In this document: positions 31,349 through 39,915 of the stretch, piece after piece
How the letters are laid out: every line of letters begins with the position of its first letter
Numbering within the stretch: position 1 is the stretch's first letter
From: Dehalococcoidia bacterium
GTDB taxonomy: Bacteria; Chloroflexota; Dehalococcoidia; Lucifugimonadales; UBA1127
Length of the DNA stretch: 64,000 bases
Direction of reading: 5' to 3'
Assembly: GCA_965205235.1 (NCBI GenBank)
Contig: CBDBGD010000001.1
Coordinates: 27,504 to 91,503 of the forward strand
Notes under the pieces: model-generated
The model's input: the letters and a program-made list of their open reading frames with translations, nothing else
What the model was told of the DNA's origin: nothing
Database searches by the model: none
Position numbers and translations under genes: made by a program

Positions 31349-32778
31349 ACGCAATGCGCATCGTGGTGACGCTGGGAGCGGCCTCCCTTGCCGCCGCACT
31401 GCCACTAGGGTGTGGACCGCCACTTGACACGGCTACGCTCGCCGCAACTCCGACGAGCGTACCCACACCCACCCCTACCCCCACTCCCGCTCCAACCCCC
31501 ACCCCAACGCTCACCCCGGCGCCTACTTCCACATCCGAGCCGACTCCTCCTATGCCCGTGGCGGCACCTGCACCATCACCTACGCCAATGGCCGCAACGT
31601 CAGCGCCCGTGTCGACCCCCACCCCTGTATCGACGTTCCCAGTATCGGAAAGTAGCGCAGAGGACCTTTGTGCAGCTATGACTTGGTTCAGTGCTCCACC
31701 GGACCGGCAGCATGCCGTGGCTAGGAACCATCTGTTGGCCCTCAGCAACCTCGATGCAGCCATGGGGGATACCTTGGAGTGCCTGTGGTGGACCGCCGAC
31801 GGGATCGACGATCACGAGGCCTCTGCAATCGCGAGTCTGTACGCCATTGCAAAGCTGGACCTCGAGCTTGCCAGGCGAATGGTGGAATACTCCTGGCTCG
31901 TGGACGGCATGACTCTGCGTGAGCAGCAGACGCTTGGCAACCTGGCAGGTATGGCAGCCATGGACCTGGCGTTGGCAAAGATGGCCATGGAATACCCCGG
32001 GCTGACCGATGGCTTTACCGTCTCGCATGGCGAGTGGGCCGTGTTCGCAACGTTGCATGGAATAGCGGAGATAGATGTAGTCACAGCGCATGAGGTGGCC
32101 GCCTTCCCCTGGCTGGCGGACGGCGTGGACGATGCGGAATGGAGGGCTCTCCTACAGATGCTCCAGATCGCCGGCAAATCGCTGGCCACAGTGCAACTGG
32201 TCATCGCTTTTCCCTGGTTGGGCGACAACGTGGACGGCCCAGCAAGCTGGGGGTTTGACAAAAGGCAGGCGCTCAAAGACATAGCGGAAATTGCCAATCA
32301 TGATCCGCTAACCGCTGAACTCGTCGCATCTCTGCCCTGGGTTGTCGACGGTTCGGACACGGCAGACGATGGTTTCAATCTTCATTCACTTCTCCAAATG
32401 ACGGTAGCAGACCCAGCTACTGCCCGGGTCGTGGTCGCATTTCCGTGGGTCGTCGACGGCCTTAGCGATGTTGAACGGAGGGCGGTTGGCTCAATGGCAC
32501 GACTTGCAGCACTAGATGCAGCGAGCGCACAGATAGTGATCACCTTCCCATGGGTCGCCGATGGCTTCAATGACATCGAGTCGTGGGCGCTTGGATCCCT
32601 GGGGTGGCTGGCGTCCCAAGATCCAGCGACCGCCCAACGGCTAGTAGCTCTCCCGTGGGTCCGGGACAGCATAACCGATGCTGAGCGGTGGGAACTCTTT
32701 AAGTTGGCACAACTTGCCTCCGATGACCCCGAACAGGCAAGGGAGCGATTGGAAAAACTGAACGAGCAGTTCGGATAG
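31333..32778 (+). CDS. Lipoprotein with Pro/Thr-rich linker and ~9 novel ~36-40-aa '(F/L)PW(V/L)xDG' repeats
   Basis: Signal 'LGAASLAAALPLGC' and a PT-rich linker. Repeats are anchored by 'LWWTADG','YSWLVDG','YPGLTDG','FPWLADG','FPWLGDN','LPWVVDG','FPWVVDG','FPWVADG','LPWVRDS'. An alternative leaderless start is ATG 31342. The track ORF start (31135) lies inside the pseudogene and is rejected. Confidence 0.7.
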   Translation: MPRMLNAMRIVVTLGAASLAAALPLGCGPPLDTATLAATPTSVPTPTPTPTPAPTPTPTLTPAPTSTSEPTPPMPVAAPAPSPTPMAATSAPVSTPTPVSTFPVSESSAEDLCAAMTWFSAPPDRQHAVARNHLLALSNLDAAMGDTLECLWWTADGIDDHEASAIASLYAIAKLDLELARRMVEYSWLVDGMTLREQQTLGNLAGMAAMDLALAKMAMEYPGLTDGFTVSHGEWAVFATLHGIAEIDVVTAHEVAAFPWLADGVDDAEWRALLQMLQIAGKSLATVQLVIAFPWLGDNVDGPASWGFDKRQALKDIAEIANHDPLTAELVASLPWVVDGSDTADDGFNLHSLLQMTVADPATARVVVAFPWVVDGLSDVERRAVGSMARLAALDAASAQIVITFPWVADGFNDIESWALGSLGWLASQDPATAQRLVALPWVRDSITDAERWELFKLAQLASDDPEQARERLEKLNEQFG

Positions 32779-32854
32779 CATCGGCGGTATCGAGCGCGGC
32801 GCGTCCCTGCCCGGATGGCTCCGAGCCATCGTGGAGTGCGCCGGGGAGCGCTGC

Positions 32855-33991
32855 CTAGGGGAGGAAGCCGTAGAGCTTGCCGGCGTTGTCGCGGATGATC
32901 TTCCGGCGCCGCCGCTCGTCGAGGCGGCCCAGGTCCGACTCGATGGTCGCCTGGGAGTCGGGCCAGACGCCGTCGGGGTGGGGGTAGTCCGAGCCCCAGA
33001 TCGCGTTGTCCTCGCCCACCAGGTCCACCATGTCGGCCAGGATGCTGTCGGTCTGGTACGTCGAGTGCCCCTGCCGTCGCCAGTACTCGCTGGGGAGCAT
33101 GGGCAAGTCGGCTTGGTGCCGCTCGTCCTGCCGGTGCGCGTCCATACGGGCGAGGAGGAAGGGCACCCACGTGACGCCGCTCTCGCCCAGCACCCACTTG
33201 AAGTCCGGGTAGCGCTCGCAGGCGCCGGAGTAGATGATGCTGGTCAGGTGCAGGGCGCCCTCAAGCTGCGAGCACGCGTCGCTGACCAGGCTCAGCTTGG
33301 TCTTGTAGGCCGGCAGGTCCTCCGGGTCCGGCTGCCGGATGGAGGGCCGCATGCCCACCGTGAAGTGGAAGGAGACCGGCATGTTGCACTCGCTGGCTGC
33401 CTCCCAGAGCACGTCCCACTCCTGCTGGTAGAGCGGCTTCACCGCGATCGACACGGCGAAGTCCGCGCCCTTCAGGCCCAGCTTTGCCGCCCGGCGCAGG
33501 TCCTCTGCGGCCGTCTGCGGGTCGTGGCTGGCGAGGGGCGCCAGCGCCGCCCACCTGCCGGGGTTGGTGGCGCAGAACTCGGCGGCCCAGTCGTAGTAGA
33601 CGTTGTAGACATAACGGGTCAGCTCCGGGTCGTCGAAGCGCATGCCGACGCCCAGGATGCCGTACAGCACTTCGGCGTCCACGCCGTCCATCTCCATGTC
33701 CTTGAGCCGAAGCTCCGGTGTCGTCGGCCGCGGCGGGCCCTCGTAGAAGCCCTCGGCGAACATGGAGTCGATGCGCTTGGAAGCGCCGCGCTCGGCCTTG
33801 CCGAAGCCGAAGCTCGAACCGCCGAAGACGCCCAGGGTCTTGCCCTCCGCGGTCCACTTCAGCCCCTCGTCCGTTTCGACGACGTGCGGGGCCACCGCTT
33901 GGAACTTGGCCGGCGCCTGGCTCACCCACAGGTCGCCCGGCATCCAGGTCATGTCGACGTGAGAGTCGCCGGAGATGACGTTGTACTGCAC
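32855..33991 (-). CDS. Amidohydrolase-2 family metal-dependent hydrolase
   Basis: 'MQYNVISGDSHVDM' N-terminus and 'NAIWGSDYPHPD' near the C-terminus. 378 aa. Confidence 0.85.
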   Translation of the reverse strand: MQYNVISGDSHVDMTWMPGDLWVSQAPAKFQAVAPHVVETDEGLKWTAEGKTLGVFGGSSFGFGKAERGASKRIDSMFAEGFYEGPPRPTTPELRLKDMEMDGVDAEVLYGILGVGMRFDDPELTRYVYNVYYDWAAEFCATNPGRWAALAPLASHDPQTAAEDLRRAAKLGLKGADFAVSIAVKPLYQQEWDVLWEAASECNMPVSFHFTVGMRPSIRQPDPEDLPAYKTKLSLVSDACSQLEGALHLTSIIYSGACERYPDFKWVLGESGVTWVPFLLARMDAHRQDERHQADLPMLPSEYWRRQGHSTYQTDSILADMVDLVGEDNAIWGSDYPHPDGVWPDSQATIESDLGRLDERRRRKIIRDNAGKLYGFLP

Positions 33992-34197
33992 GGGTCTACC
34001 TCCACTCGCTCGGTCCTGCTGCGTGGCGCTATCCTAGCCGTACCGCAACGGGGGCGTCAATGGCCGCAGAAGCGAGCTCGCCGTAGAGCCAGTGGGAAGA
34101 GCCTCCGATGCAGCGTCCGCGCTCGTCCTGAGGCCGTGTCCCTTGTGGGCGCCTGCCGCTCTGGGCCGCCCCGCCAATTGCTCGCATACCACCCCCG

Positions 34198-34206
34198 TGG
34201 TATCAT
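34198..34206 (+). promoter_or_regulatory. Candidate extended -10 (TGgTATCAT) upstream of the NuoE-like gene
   Basis: Same 9-mer as upstream of tRNA-Gly. It overlaps ATG 34205, which argues for the downstream TTG 34241 (AGGGAG RBS) as the true start. Confidence 0.3.
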
Positions 34207-34747
34207 GCCGCTAGTGCCGAATTTCACGAAAGGGAGCCCTTTGGCGGCCCAGCAGACCGGGCTACGAGAGCAGTTGCGGCGGACGCTGGCCGACCAGCGG
34301 CAGGCCAACGTCACAGTCCTCTCCTCCCTTCTCGCCGTCGAGGACGCCTTGGGCTACATTCCCCCGGAGGCCGTCGAGGAAGTGGCCCAATTCACCGGCG
34401 CCACCTCCAACGACGTCTGGGCTGTCGCCTCCTTCTACACCAACTTCCGGTTCACGCCTCCCGGCCGGCACATCCTGGAGGTCTGCTGGGGCCCCACGTG
34501 CCACCTCCGCGGCGCGCAGGAGGTCCTGCGCAGCGTCCAGGACGCCCTGGGCCTCACCCACGAGGGCGATACCCCGGACGGTCACGCCACCCTCAAGTAC
34601 AACACCTGCCTTGGGGCCTGCGCCCAAGCGCCGGTGATCATGGTCGACCACCAGTTGGTGGGGCGCGTTGGGCCGGAGCAGGCGCAAGGCCTGGTGCGAG
34701 GACTGGATTCCCCCAACGGCACTGCTCAGGAGACCGACGGTGACTGA
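34205..34747 (+). CDS. NuoE/HoxE-like [2Fe-2S] thioredoxin-fold subunit
   Basis: 'LLAVEDALGYIPPEAVEEVAQFTGATSNDVWAVASFYTNFRF...CWGPTCHLRGA...NTCLGACAQAPV' carries the four NuoE cysteines. Start is ATG 34205 or TTG 34241. Confidence 0.8.
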   Translation: MPLVPNFTKGSPLAAQQTGLREQLRRTLADQRQANVTVLSSLLAVEDALGYIPPEAVEEVAQFTGATSNDVWAVASFYTNFRFTPPGRHILEVCWGPTCHLRGAQEVLRSVQDALGLTHEGDTPDGHATLKYNTCLGACAQAPVIMVDHQLVGRVGPEQAQGLVRGLDSPNGTAQETDGD

Positions 34748-36491
34748 GACCTTCGCTGCGCTGGAGCAGCAGGCCCAGGCGACGTGGAGCGCTCTGGAGA
34801 GCCGAACGCGCGTCCGCGTTGGTACGGACCTCAACGGGCTGGCCGCCGGCGCCGGCCAGGTCCTCGACGCGCTCCGGCGTGAGATCGAGCGTCGCGGCCT
34901 CGACGTCGCAGTCCACGCCGTCGGCTCCCTCGGCCTGTGCTACGCCGAACCCCTGGTCGACATCCAGAAGCCCGGCGGAGCGCGCGTGTTCTATCGCAAC
35001 GTGACGCCGGAGATGGTCCCGCAGCTAGTCGAGGACTGCATCGTCGGCGATGACGTGCGACCGGACCTCGCCCTCGGCGCCCTCGGTGACGACCCTCCGC
35101 CCGACGTGACACCGCTCGAAGATCTCGACGCGTGGCGCTACCAGGTCCGCATCGCCACTCGCAACTGCGGCACGATCGACCCCGGCGAGGTGTCCCACTA
35201 CATCGCCAACGGTGGCTATGCTGCCTTGGCAAAAGCCCTGGCCGAGATGACCCCTCAGCAGGTGCTGGACGAGGTCTCCAAGGCGGGCCTCCGCGGCAGG
35301 GGCGGCGCAGCCTTTCCCACCGCCGTCAAGTGGGGCTTCCTGGTGCGCACTCCGGGCGACGTCAAGTACATCCTGGTCAACTGTGAGGAGGGCGACCCCG
35401 GCGCCTTCAACGACAAAGGCATCCTGGAGAGCGACCCACACACTCTCATCGAAGGGGCGGTCCTGGCCGGTTACACCACCGGAGCGACCTTCGGCTACGT
35501 CTTCATCCGACACGGCCACAACGGCCCCATCGAGCGCACCCAGCGAGCCATCGAGCAGGCGCGCGAGGTCGGTCTGCTCGGCGAGAACATCCTGGGCTCC
35601 GACTTCTCCTTCGACATGGAGGTCTCCCTGGTCGGCGAGTCCTACGTCTCCGGCGAGGAGACGGCCCTCATGGAGGCCATCGAGGGCAAGCGTGCCATGC
35701 CCCGGTTCCGCCCGCCGTTCCCGGCGCAGTTCGGCGTCTGGGGCAAGCCCAGCAACATCAACAACGTCAAGACCCTCTCCTACGTCCCGGAGATCGTGCG
35801 CAGGGGCGGCGAGTGGTTCGCGGGCATCGGCCACGGCCGTAGCACCGGCACGGCCATCCTCTGCCTCAGCGGCGAGGTCGTCCGCCCCGGCATGTACGAG
35901 GTGCCCTTCGGGCTGACGCTGGGGCAGGTGATCCGGGACATCGCAGGCGGCGTCCTCGACGGCCGCAGCGTGAAGCTGCTGCAGACCGGCGGCCCGCTCG
36001 GCGGCGTCCTGGGCCCGGCCAGCATGGACATCGTCCTCGACTTCGAGGCGATGGCCCAGGCCGGCGCCATCCTCGGCTCCGGCGGCATCATCGTCGGCAG
36101 CGAGGACGTGTGCGCAGTCGACCTCGTCCGCAACCTGGTGGCCTTCTGCCAGTTCGAGTCCTGCGGCAAGTGCTTCCCCTGCCGACTTGGCATGACTCAC
36201 CTCGTCGAGGTCCTCGATCGCATCGCCGAAGGCCAGGGACGCCCCGGCGACCAGCAGCTCATGGAGTCCATGGGCCGCTCGATGGCCATGGGTTCCCTCT
36301 GCGGCCACGGCCAGCTCGGCTTCAACCCCGTCAGCTCGGCCTTCCGCTACTTCGCGGAAGACTTCCGCGTGCACATCGACGAGCAACGGTGCCCCGCGCG
36401 CCGCTGCGAGACCTTCTTCTTCAAACCCACCCGGACCCGGCCCATGGCAACAGGGGGATGGTATGCCCAACGAGATTACGCTCACCATTGA
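34740..36491 (+). CDS. NuoF/HoxF-like NAD(H)- and FMN-binding flavoprotein subunit with N-terminal extension
   Basis: GTG 34740 overlaps the nuoE-like stop (GTGACTGA). 'GLRGRGGAAFPTAVKW', 'YILVNCEEGDPGAFNDK', 'ESCGKCFPCRLG' (N3 cluster). Confidence 0.85.
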   Translation: MTETFAALEQQAQATWSALESRTRVRVGTDLNGLAAGAGQVLDALRREIERRGLDVAVHAVGSLGLCYAEPLVDIQKPGGARVFYRNVTPEMVPQLVEDCIVGDDVRPDLALGALGDDPPPDVTPLEDLDAWRYQVRIATRNCGTIDPGEVSHYIANGGYAALAKALAEMTPQQVLDEVSKAGLRGRGGAAFPTAVKWGFLVRTPGDVKYILVNCEEGDPGAFNDKGILESDPHTLIEGAVLAGYTTGATFGYVFIRHGHNGPIERTQRAIEQAREVGLLGENILGSDFSFDMEVSLVGESYVSGEETALMEAIEGKRAMPRFRPPFPAQFGVWGKPSNINNVKTLSYVPEIVRRGGEWFAGIGHGRSTGTAILCLSGEVVRPGMYEVPFGLTLGQVIRDIAGGVLDGRSVKLLQTGGPLGGVLGPASMDIVLDFEAMAQAGAILGSGGIIVGSEDVCAVDLVRNLVAFCQFESCGKCFPCRLGMTHLVEVLDRIAEGQGRPGDQQLMESMGRSMAMGSLCGHGQLGFNPVSSAFRYFAEDFRVHIDEQRCPARRCETFFFKPTRTRPMATGGWYAQRDYAHH

Positions 36492-39210
36492 CGGGGTGAC
36501 CGTCACGGCCAAGCCGGGCCAGACGGTCATCCAAGCCGCCATGGACGCGGGGATATACGTCCCCTACCTCTGCTACTGGCCCGGCATGAAGCCCTACGGC
36601 GCGTGCCGCATGTGCGTCGTCGAGGTCGAGGGCCAGCGCGGCACCCCCGCCTCCTGCACCCTGCCCGCAGCCCCCGGCATGGTCGTGAAGAGCACGACGC
36701 CGCAGGTCAACGAGCTGCGCCAGGGCATCCTGGAACTGCTGCTCTCGGAGCACCCGCACGGCTGCCTCACCTGCCACCGCATCGAGCTCTGCGGGCCCCA
36801 GGACATCTGCCTGCGCCACGTTCGCGTCACCGACCGATGCGTCGTCTGCCCCAAGAACGAGCGCTGCGAGCTCAAGGACACCGTCCGCTACGTCAACATG
36901 AACCTGGAGACGCCCCTGGCCTACAACTACCGCAACCTCCCCGTTGAGACGAGCGACCCCTTCTACGACCGCGACTACAACCTCTGCATCGTCTGCGCCC
37001 GCTGCGTCCGCGTCTGTGAGGAGATCCGCGCCGACGACGCCATCGGCATGGTCGACCGCTCCGGTACGGCCCTCGTCGGCACCTCGCGCGGTACGTCGCT
37101 CCTCGAGTCCGGCTGCGAGTTCTGCGGCGCCTGCGTCGACGTCTGTCCCGTGGGCGCCCTCGTCGAGCGGCGCTACAAGTGGGAGAAGGCGGTCAAGACC
37201 GTCACCTCCACCTGCACCCACTGCCCCGTCGGCTGCCAGGTGAAGCTGGAGGTCGACGTCCGCGGCCGCGTCATCCGCTCCGTCGGCGACTGGTCCGCCC
37301 CCGCCAACCAGGGCCAGCTCTGCTTCAAGGGCAAGTTCGGGATGGACTTCGTCAACCACCGGGAGCGCCTCACTACCCCCCTCGTGCGACGTCACGGCGT
37401 CCTGGAAGAGGCAACGTGGGCCGAGGCGCTCGACCTCCTCGCCGCTCGCCTCCCCGACTACCGAGGCGGGGCGTACGCCATGCTCGTCAGCCCCCGCACG
37501 ACGAACGAGGACGCCTACCTCGCGCAGCGGTTCGCCCGCACGGTCATGGACACCAACAACGTCGATGTCGCCTCCAACGCCCGTCCTGAGATGCTCCTCT
37601 CCCTCCGCGACACCCTCGGTACGATGGCGGCGACCGGCACGGTCCAGGACCTCGAACAGGCCCGCTCCGTCCTCGTCGTCAACAGCAACACCACGGAGGA
37701 CCACAATGTCGCGGCCGTGCCCCTGAAGAAGGCGGCCAAGGCGGGCACGCTGAGGCTCGTCGTCGTCGACGCCCGCGAGGTCGAGCTCACCCGCTACGCC
37801 GACGTCTGGCTCCGCCCCTACCCCGGCGCCGAGGCCACCCTCGTCGCTGGTCTCCTTCGCGTCATCGTCGACGAGGGGCTGCACGACGCCGACTTCATCG
37901 CGTCGCAGACCGAGGGCTGGGACGACCTGGTCCGGTCGCTGCAGGCCTTCCCGCTGTCGGTCGTCGAAGAGACGACCGGTGTCCCTGCCGAGCAGGTGCA
38001 GCAGGCCGCACGGCTCCTGGCCTCCAACCGTCCCGGCGGTATCATGTACGCCCTCGACAACGTCCCCGCCGACCAGCGCACGAGCCTGCTGCAGGGCCTG
38101 ATCGACCTCGCCCTGGCCACCGGCAACCTCGGCGCTCCCGGCGCCGGCCTCTTCCCCCTCCTGTCCGGCACCAACGAGCAGGGCGCGTGGGACGTTGGCT
38201 GCGTCCCCGGCTTCCTTCCAGGCCACCTCCCCGTCGGCGACGTCGACGGCCGCGCCCTGTTCGAGGGCGCGTGGACCAACGATTTGCCGCAGACCCCCGG
38301 CGTCGGCGTGAACGACCTCTTCCAGGCAATCCTCGACGGTCGCGTGAAGGCCGTCCAGGTCGTTGGCGACAGCCCCGCCGTTGACGAGGCAGCCCTCCAC
38401 GCGCTGTCGAAAGCCGAGCTTCTGGTCGTCCACGACCTCTTCCTGAGCGACGCGGCACTGCACGCCGACCTCGTGCTGCCCCTCGTGGCCTTCGCCGAGC
38501 AGGAGGGGACCTACACCAGCCTCGACCGCCGGGTGCAGCTCCTCCGACGAGCGGTGCTCCCCAAGGGCGAGTCACAGTCGCTGACCTGGGTCCTGCGCGA
38601 GGTGACCGAGCGTATGGGCGCGTGGGGCTTCTCCTTCGAGCACGCATCCGAGGTCTTCGACCAGGTCGCAGCGCTGGTGCCCTCCTACGGCGGCATCAGC
38701 CACCAGCGCCTCGACGGCCTCGCCGGCGGCCTCCAGTGGCCCTGCCCGACGTCCGACCACCCCGGCACTCCCCACCTCCACGCCGCCGACAGCGACTACG
38801 TGCAGAAGATGCGGTTCGCGCCTCTCCACGCCCAGCAGCGCCCTACTCCTCCTCGAGAGTTCCCCCTCCTCTACGCGCCGGGGCGCGTCCTGGCCCAGCC
38901 CGACGAGGACGTGGCGGTCGTCCAGGTCAACGGCCACAACGAGCTGAAGCGCGAGCAGGTGGTCGAGCTCAGCGCCGCCGACGCCCAGGCCTTCGGCGTC
39001 TCCGACGGCGATTTGCTCGATGTCGTGACGCCGCTGAGCCGCGTCCGCGGCCGGGCGCGCGTCAACGGCATGCTTCCCGGTGTCGTCGCTACCACGACCC
39101 TCTTCGGCGAACTCGCCACGGACCTCCAGAACAGCGATGCGCCCGACCCCGCCCTCCGCGTCCCCGGCCTCGACGTCATGCCCGCACGCCTGGAGAAAGC
39201 CTCCGGCTAG
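36463..39210 (+). CDS. NuoG / formate-dehydrogenase-alpha-like Fe-S molybdopterin-oxidoreductase-fold subunit, lacking the Sec/Cys Mo ligand
   Basis: N-terminal 2Fe-2S 'LCYWPGMKPYGACRMCVVEV' and 4Fe-4S motifs. MopB 'CTHCPVGCQV'. At the position of the FdhF 'NNVDCCARVUHGPS' motif it reads 'NNVDVASNARPEMLLS'. There is no in-frame TGA. Confidence 0.8.
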   Translation: MPNEITLTIDGVTVTAKPGQTVIQAAMDAGIYVPYLCYWPGMKPYGACRMCVVEVEGQRGTPASCTLPAAPGMVVKSTTPQVNELRQGILELLLSEHPHGCLTCHRIELCGPQDICLRHVRVTDRCVVCPKNERCELKDTVRYVNMNLETPLAYNYRNLPVETSDPFYDRDYNLCIVCARCVRVCEEIRADDAIGMVDRSGTALVGTSRGTSLLESGCEFCGACVDVCPVGALVERRYKWEKAVKTVTSTCTHCPVGCQVKLEVDVRGRVIRSVGDWSAPANQGQLCFKGKFGMDFVNHRERLTTPLVRRHGVLEEATWAEALDLLAARLPDYRGGAYAMLVSPRTTNEDAYLAQRFARTVMDTNNVDVASNARPEMLLSLRDTLGTMAATGTVQDLEQARSVLVVNSNTTEDHNVAAVPLKKAAKAGTLRLVVVDAREVELTRYADVWLRPYPGAEATLVAGLLRVIVDEGLHDADFIASQTEGWDDLVRSLQAFPLSVVEETTGVPAEQVQQAARLLASNRPGGIMYALDNVPADQRTSLLQGLIDLALATGNLGAPGAGLFPLLSGTNEQGAWDVGCVPGFLPGHLPVGDVDGRALFEGAWTNDLPQTPGVGVNDLFQAILDGRVKAVQVVGDSPAVDEAALHALSKAELLVVHDLFLSDAALHADLVLPLVAFAEQEGTYTSLDRRVQLLRRAVLPKGESQSLTWVLREVTERMGAWGFSFEHASEVFDQVAALVPSYGGISHQRLDGLAGGLQWPCPTSDHPGTPHLHAADSDYVQKMRFAPLHAQQRPTPPREFPLLYAPGRVLAQPDEDVAVVQVNGHNELKREQVVELSAADAQAFGVSDGDLLDVVTPLSRVRGRARVNGMLPGVVATTTLFGELATDLQNSDAPDPALRVPGLDVMPARLEKASG

Positions 39211-39220
39211 ACCCCACGTA

Positions 39221-39247
39221 GTCGTTCCTGCGTAGGCAGGAACCTCG
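39221..39247. repeat. Hairpin repeat GTCGTTCCTGCGTAGGCAGGAACCTCG (family shared with 19042-19070, 20522-20550, 24180-24208)
   Basis: Stem GTTCCTGC/GCAGGAAC. Lies 11 nt after the stop of the NuoG-like gene, so it may also terminate transcription. Confidence 0.7.
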
Positions 39248-39385
39248 TCCCGGCCTCTCCTGGGGGATAGGCCGACGCGCAGCGGCGGGTGAGGGCGCGG
39301 GGTCTGGGGGGCGCAGCCCCCCAAGGAACGTCCAAGGGCGGGCGGGTGGGCCCACCCAAGGTCGCACCGCAGGGACGCCCCCGCC

Positions 39386-39414
39386 TTGTCTCCCCCACGC
39401 ACAGCGGGTACAAT
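39386..39414 (+). promoter_or_regulatory. Candidate sigma-70-type promoter for rplS (-35 TTGTCT, 17-nt spacer, -10 TACAAT)
   Basis: TTGTCT at 39386-39391 and TACAAT at 39409-39414, 38 nt upstream of ATG 39453. Confidence 0.45.
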
Positions 39415-39452
39415 ACCCACAGCACGATTACGAAATCCATCACGGGGCCGAC

Positions 39453-39875
39453 ATGGACGCACACGCGCTTTCGACGATCAAGCCCAACCCCAACATGCCC
39501 GAGTTCCGGCCCGGCGACACCGTGCGGGTGGGCTTCCGTATCCGGGAGGGCACCCGTGAGCGTGTCCAGAACTTCCAGGGCGTCGTCATCAGGAAGACCG
39601 GCGGGACCAGTCCCGTCGCCGCCTTCACCGTGCGTGCCATCTTCCGAGGCTTCGGCGTGGAGCGCATCTTCCCCCTCCACTCGCCGCGCATCGACTCCGT
39701 CGAGGTTCTACGAGGCGGCAAGGTGAGGCGCGCCCGCCTCTACTACCTCCGTGAGCGTTTCGGTCGCGCCGCCCGCATCAAGGAGCGCCCGTTGCGCCGG
39801 CCCGCCGCCAAGGCTCCCGCGCCCAAGCCTGCGCCGGCACCGGTCGAAGAGGAAGAGGCCGCGGACGCCTCCTAG
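39453..39875 (+). CDS. rplS: 50S ribosomal protein L19 (with Ala/Pro-rich C-terminal tail)
   Basis: '[34 protein letters not shown]...FTVR....[18 protein letters not shown]' is the L19 signature. Confidence 0.95.
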   Translation: MDAHALSTIKPNPNMPEFRPGDTVRVGFRIREGTRERVQNFQGVVIRKTGGTSPVAAFTVRAIFRGFGVERIFPLHSPRIDSVEVLRGGKVRRARLYYLRERFGRAARIKERPLRRPAAKAPAPKPAPAPVEEEEAADAS

Positions 39876-39915
39876 CCCCCGGGCCGCGACGGCCGGAGGC
39901 GCCATATTGGGATCA

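Noticed and set aside
36463-39210. Selenocysteine-containing formate dehydrogenase alpha subunit, suggested by selB 4.4 kb downstream.
   Set aside because: There is no in-frame TGA. The position equivalent to the Sec/Cys-His motif reads ARPEM. The ORF is continuous for 915 codons.
39751-39915. PriA start at 39751, overlapping rplS.
   Set aside because: The extension overlaps the L19 C-terminus in another frame and is low-complexity. The conserved PriA N-terminus (RYAEVAVD...) begins right after ATG 39916.
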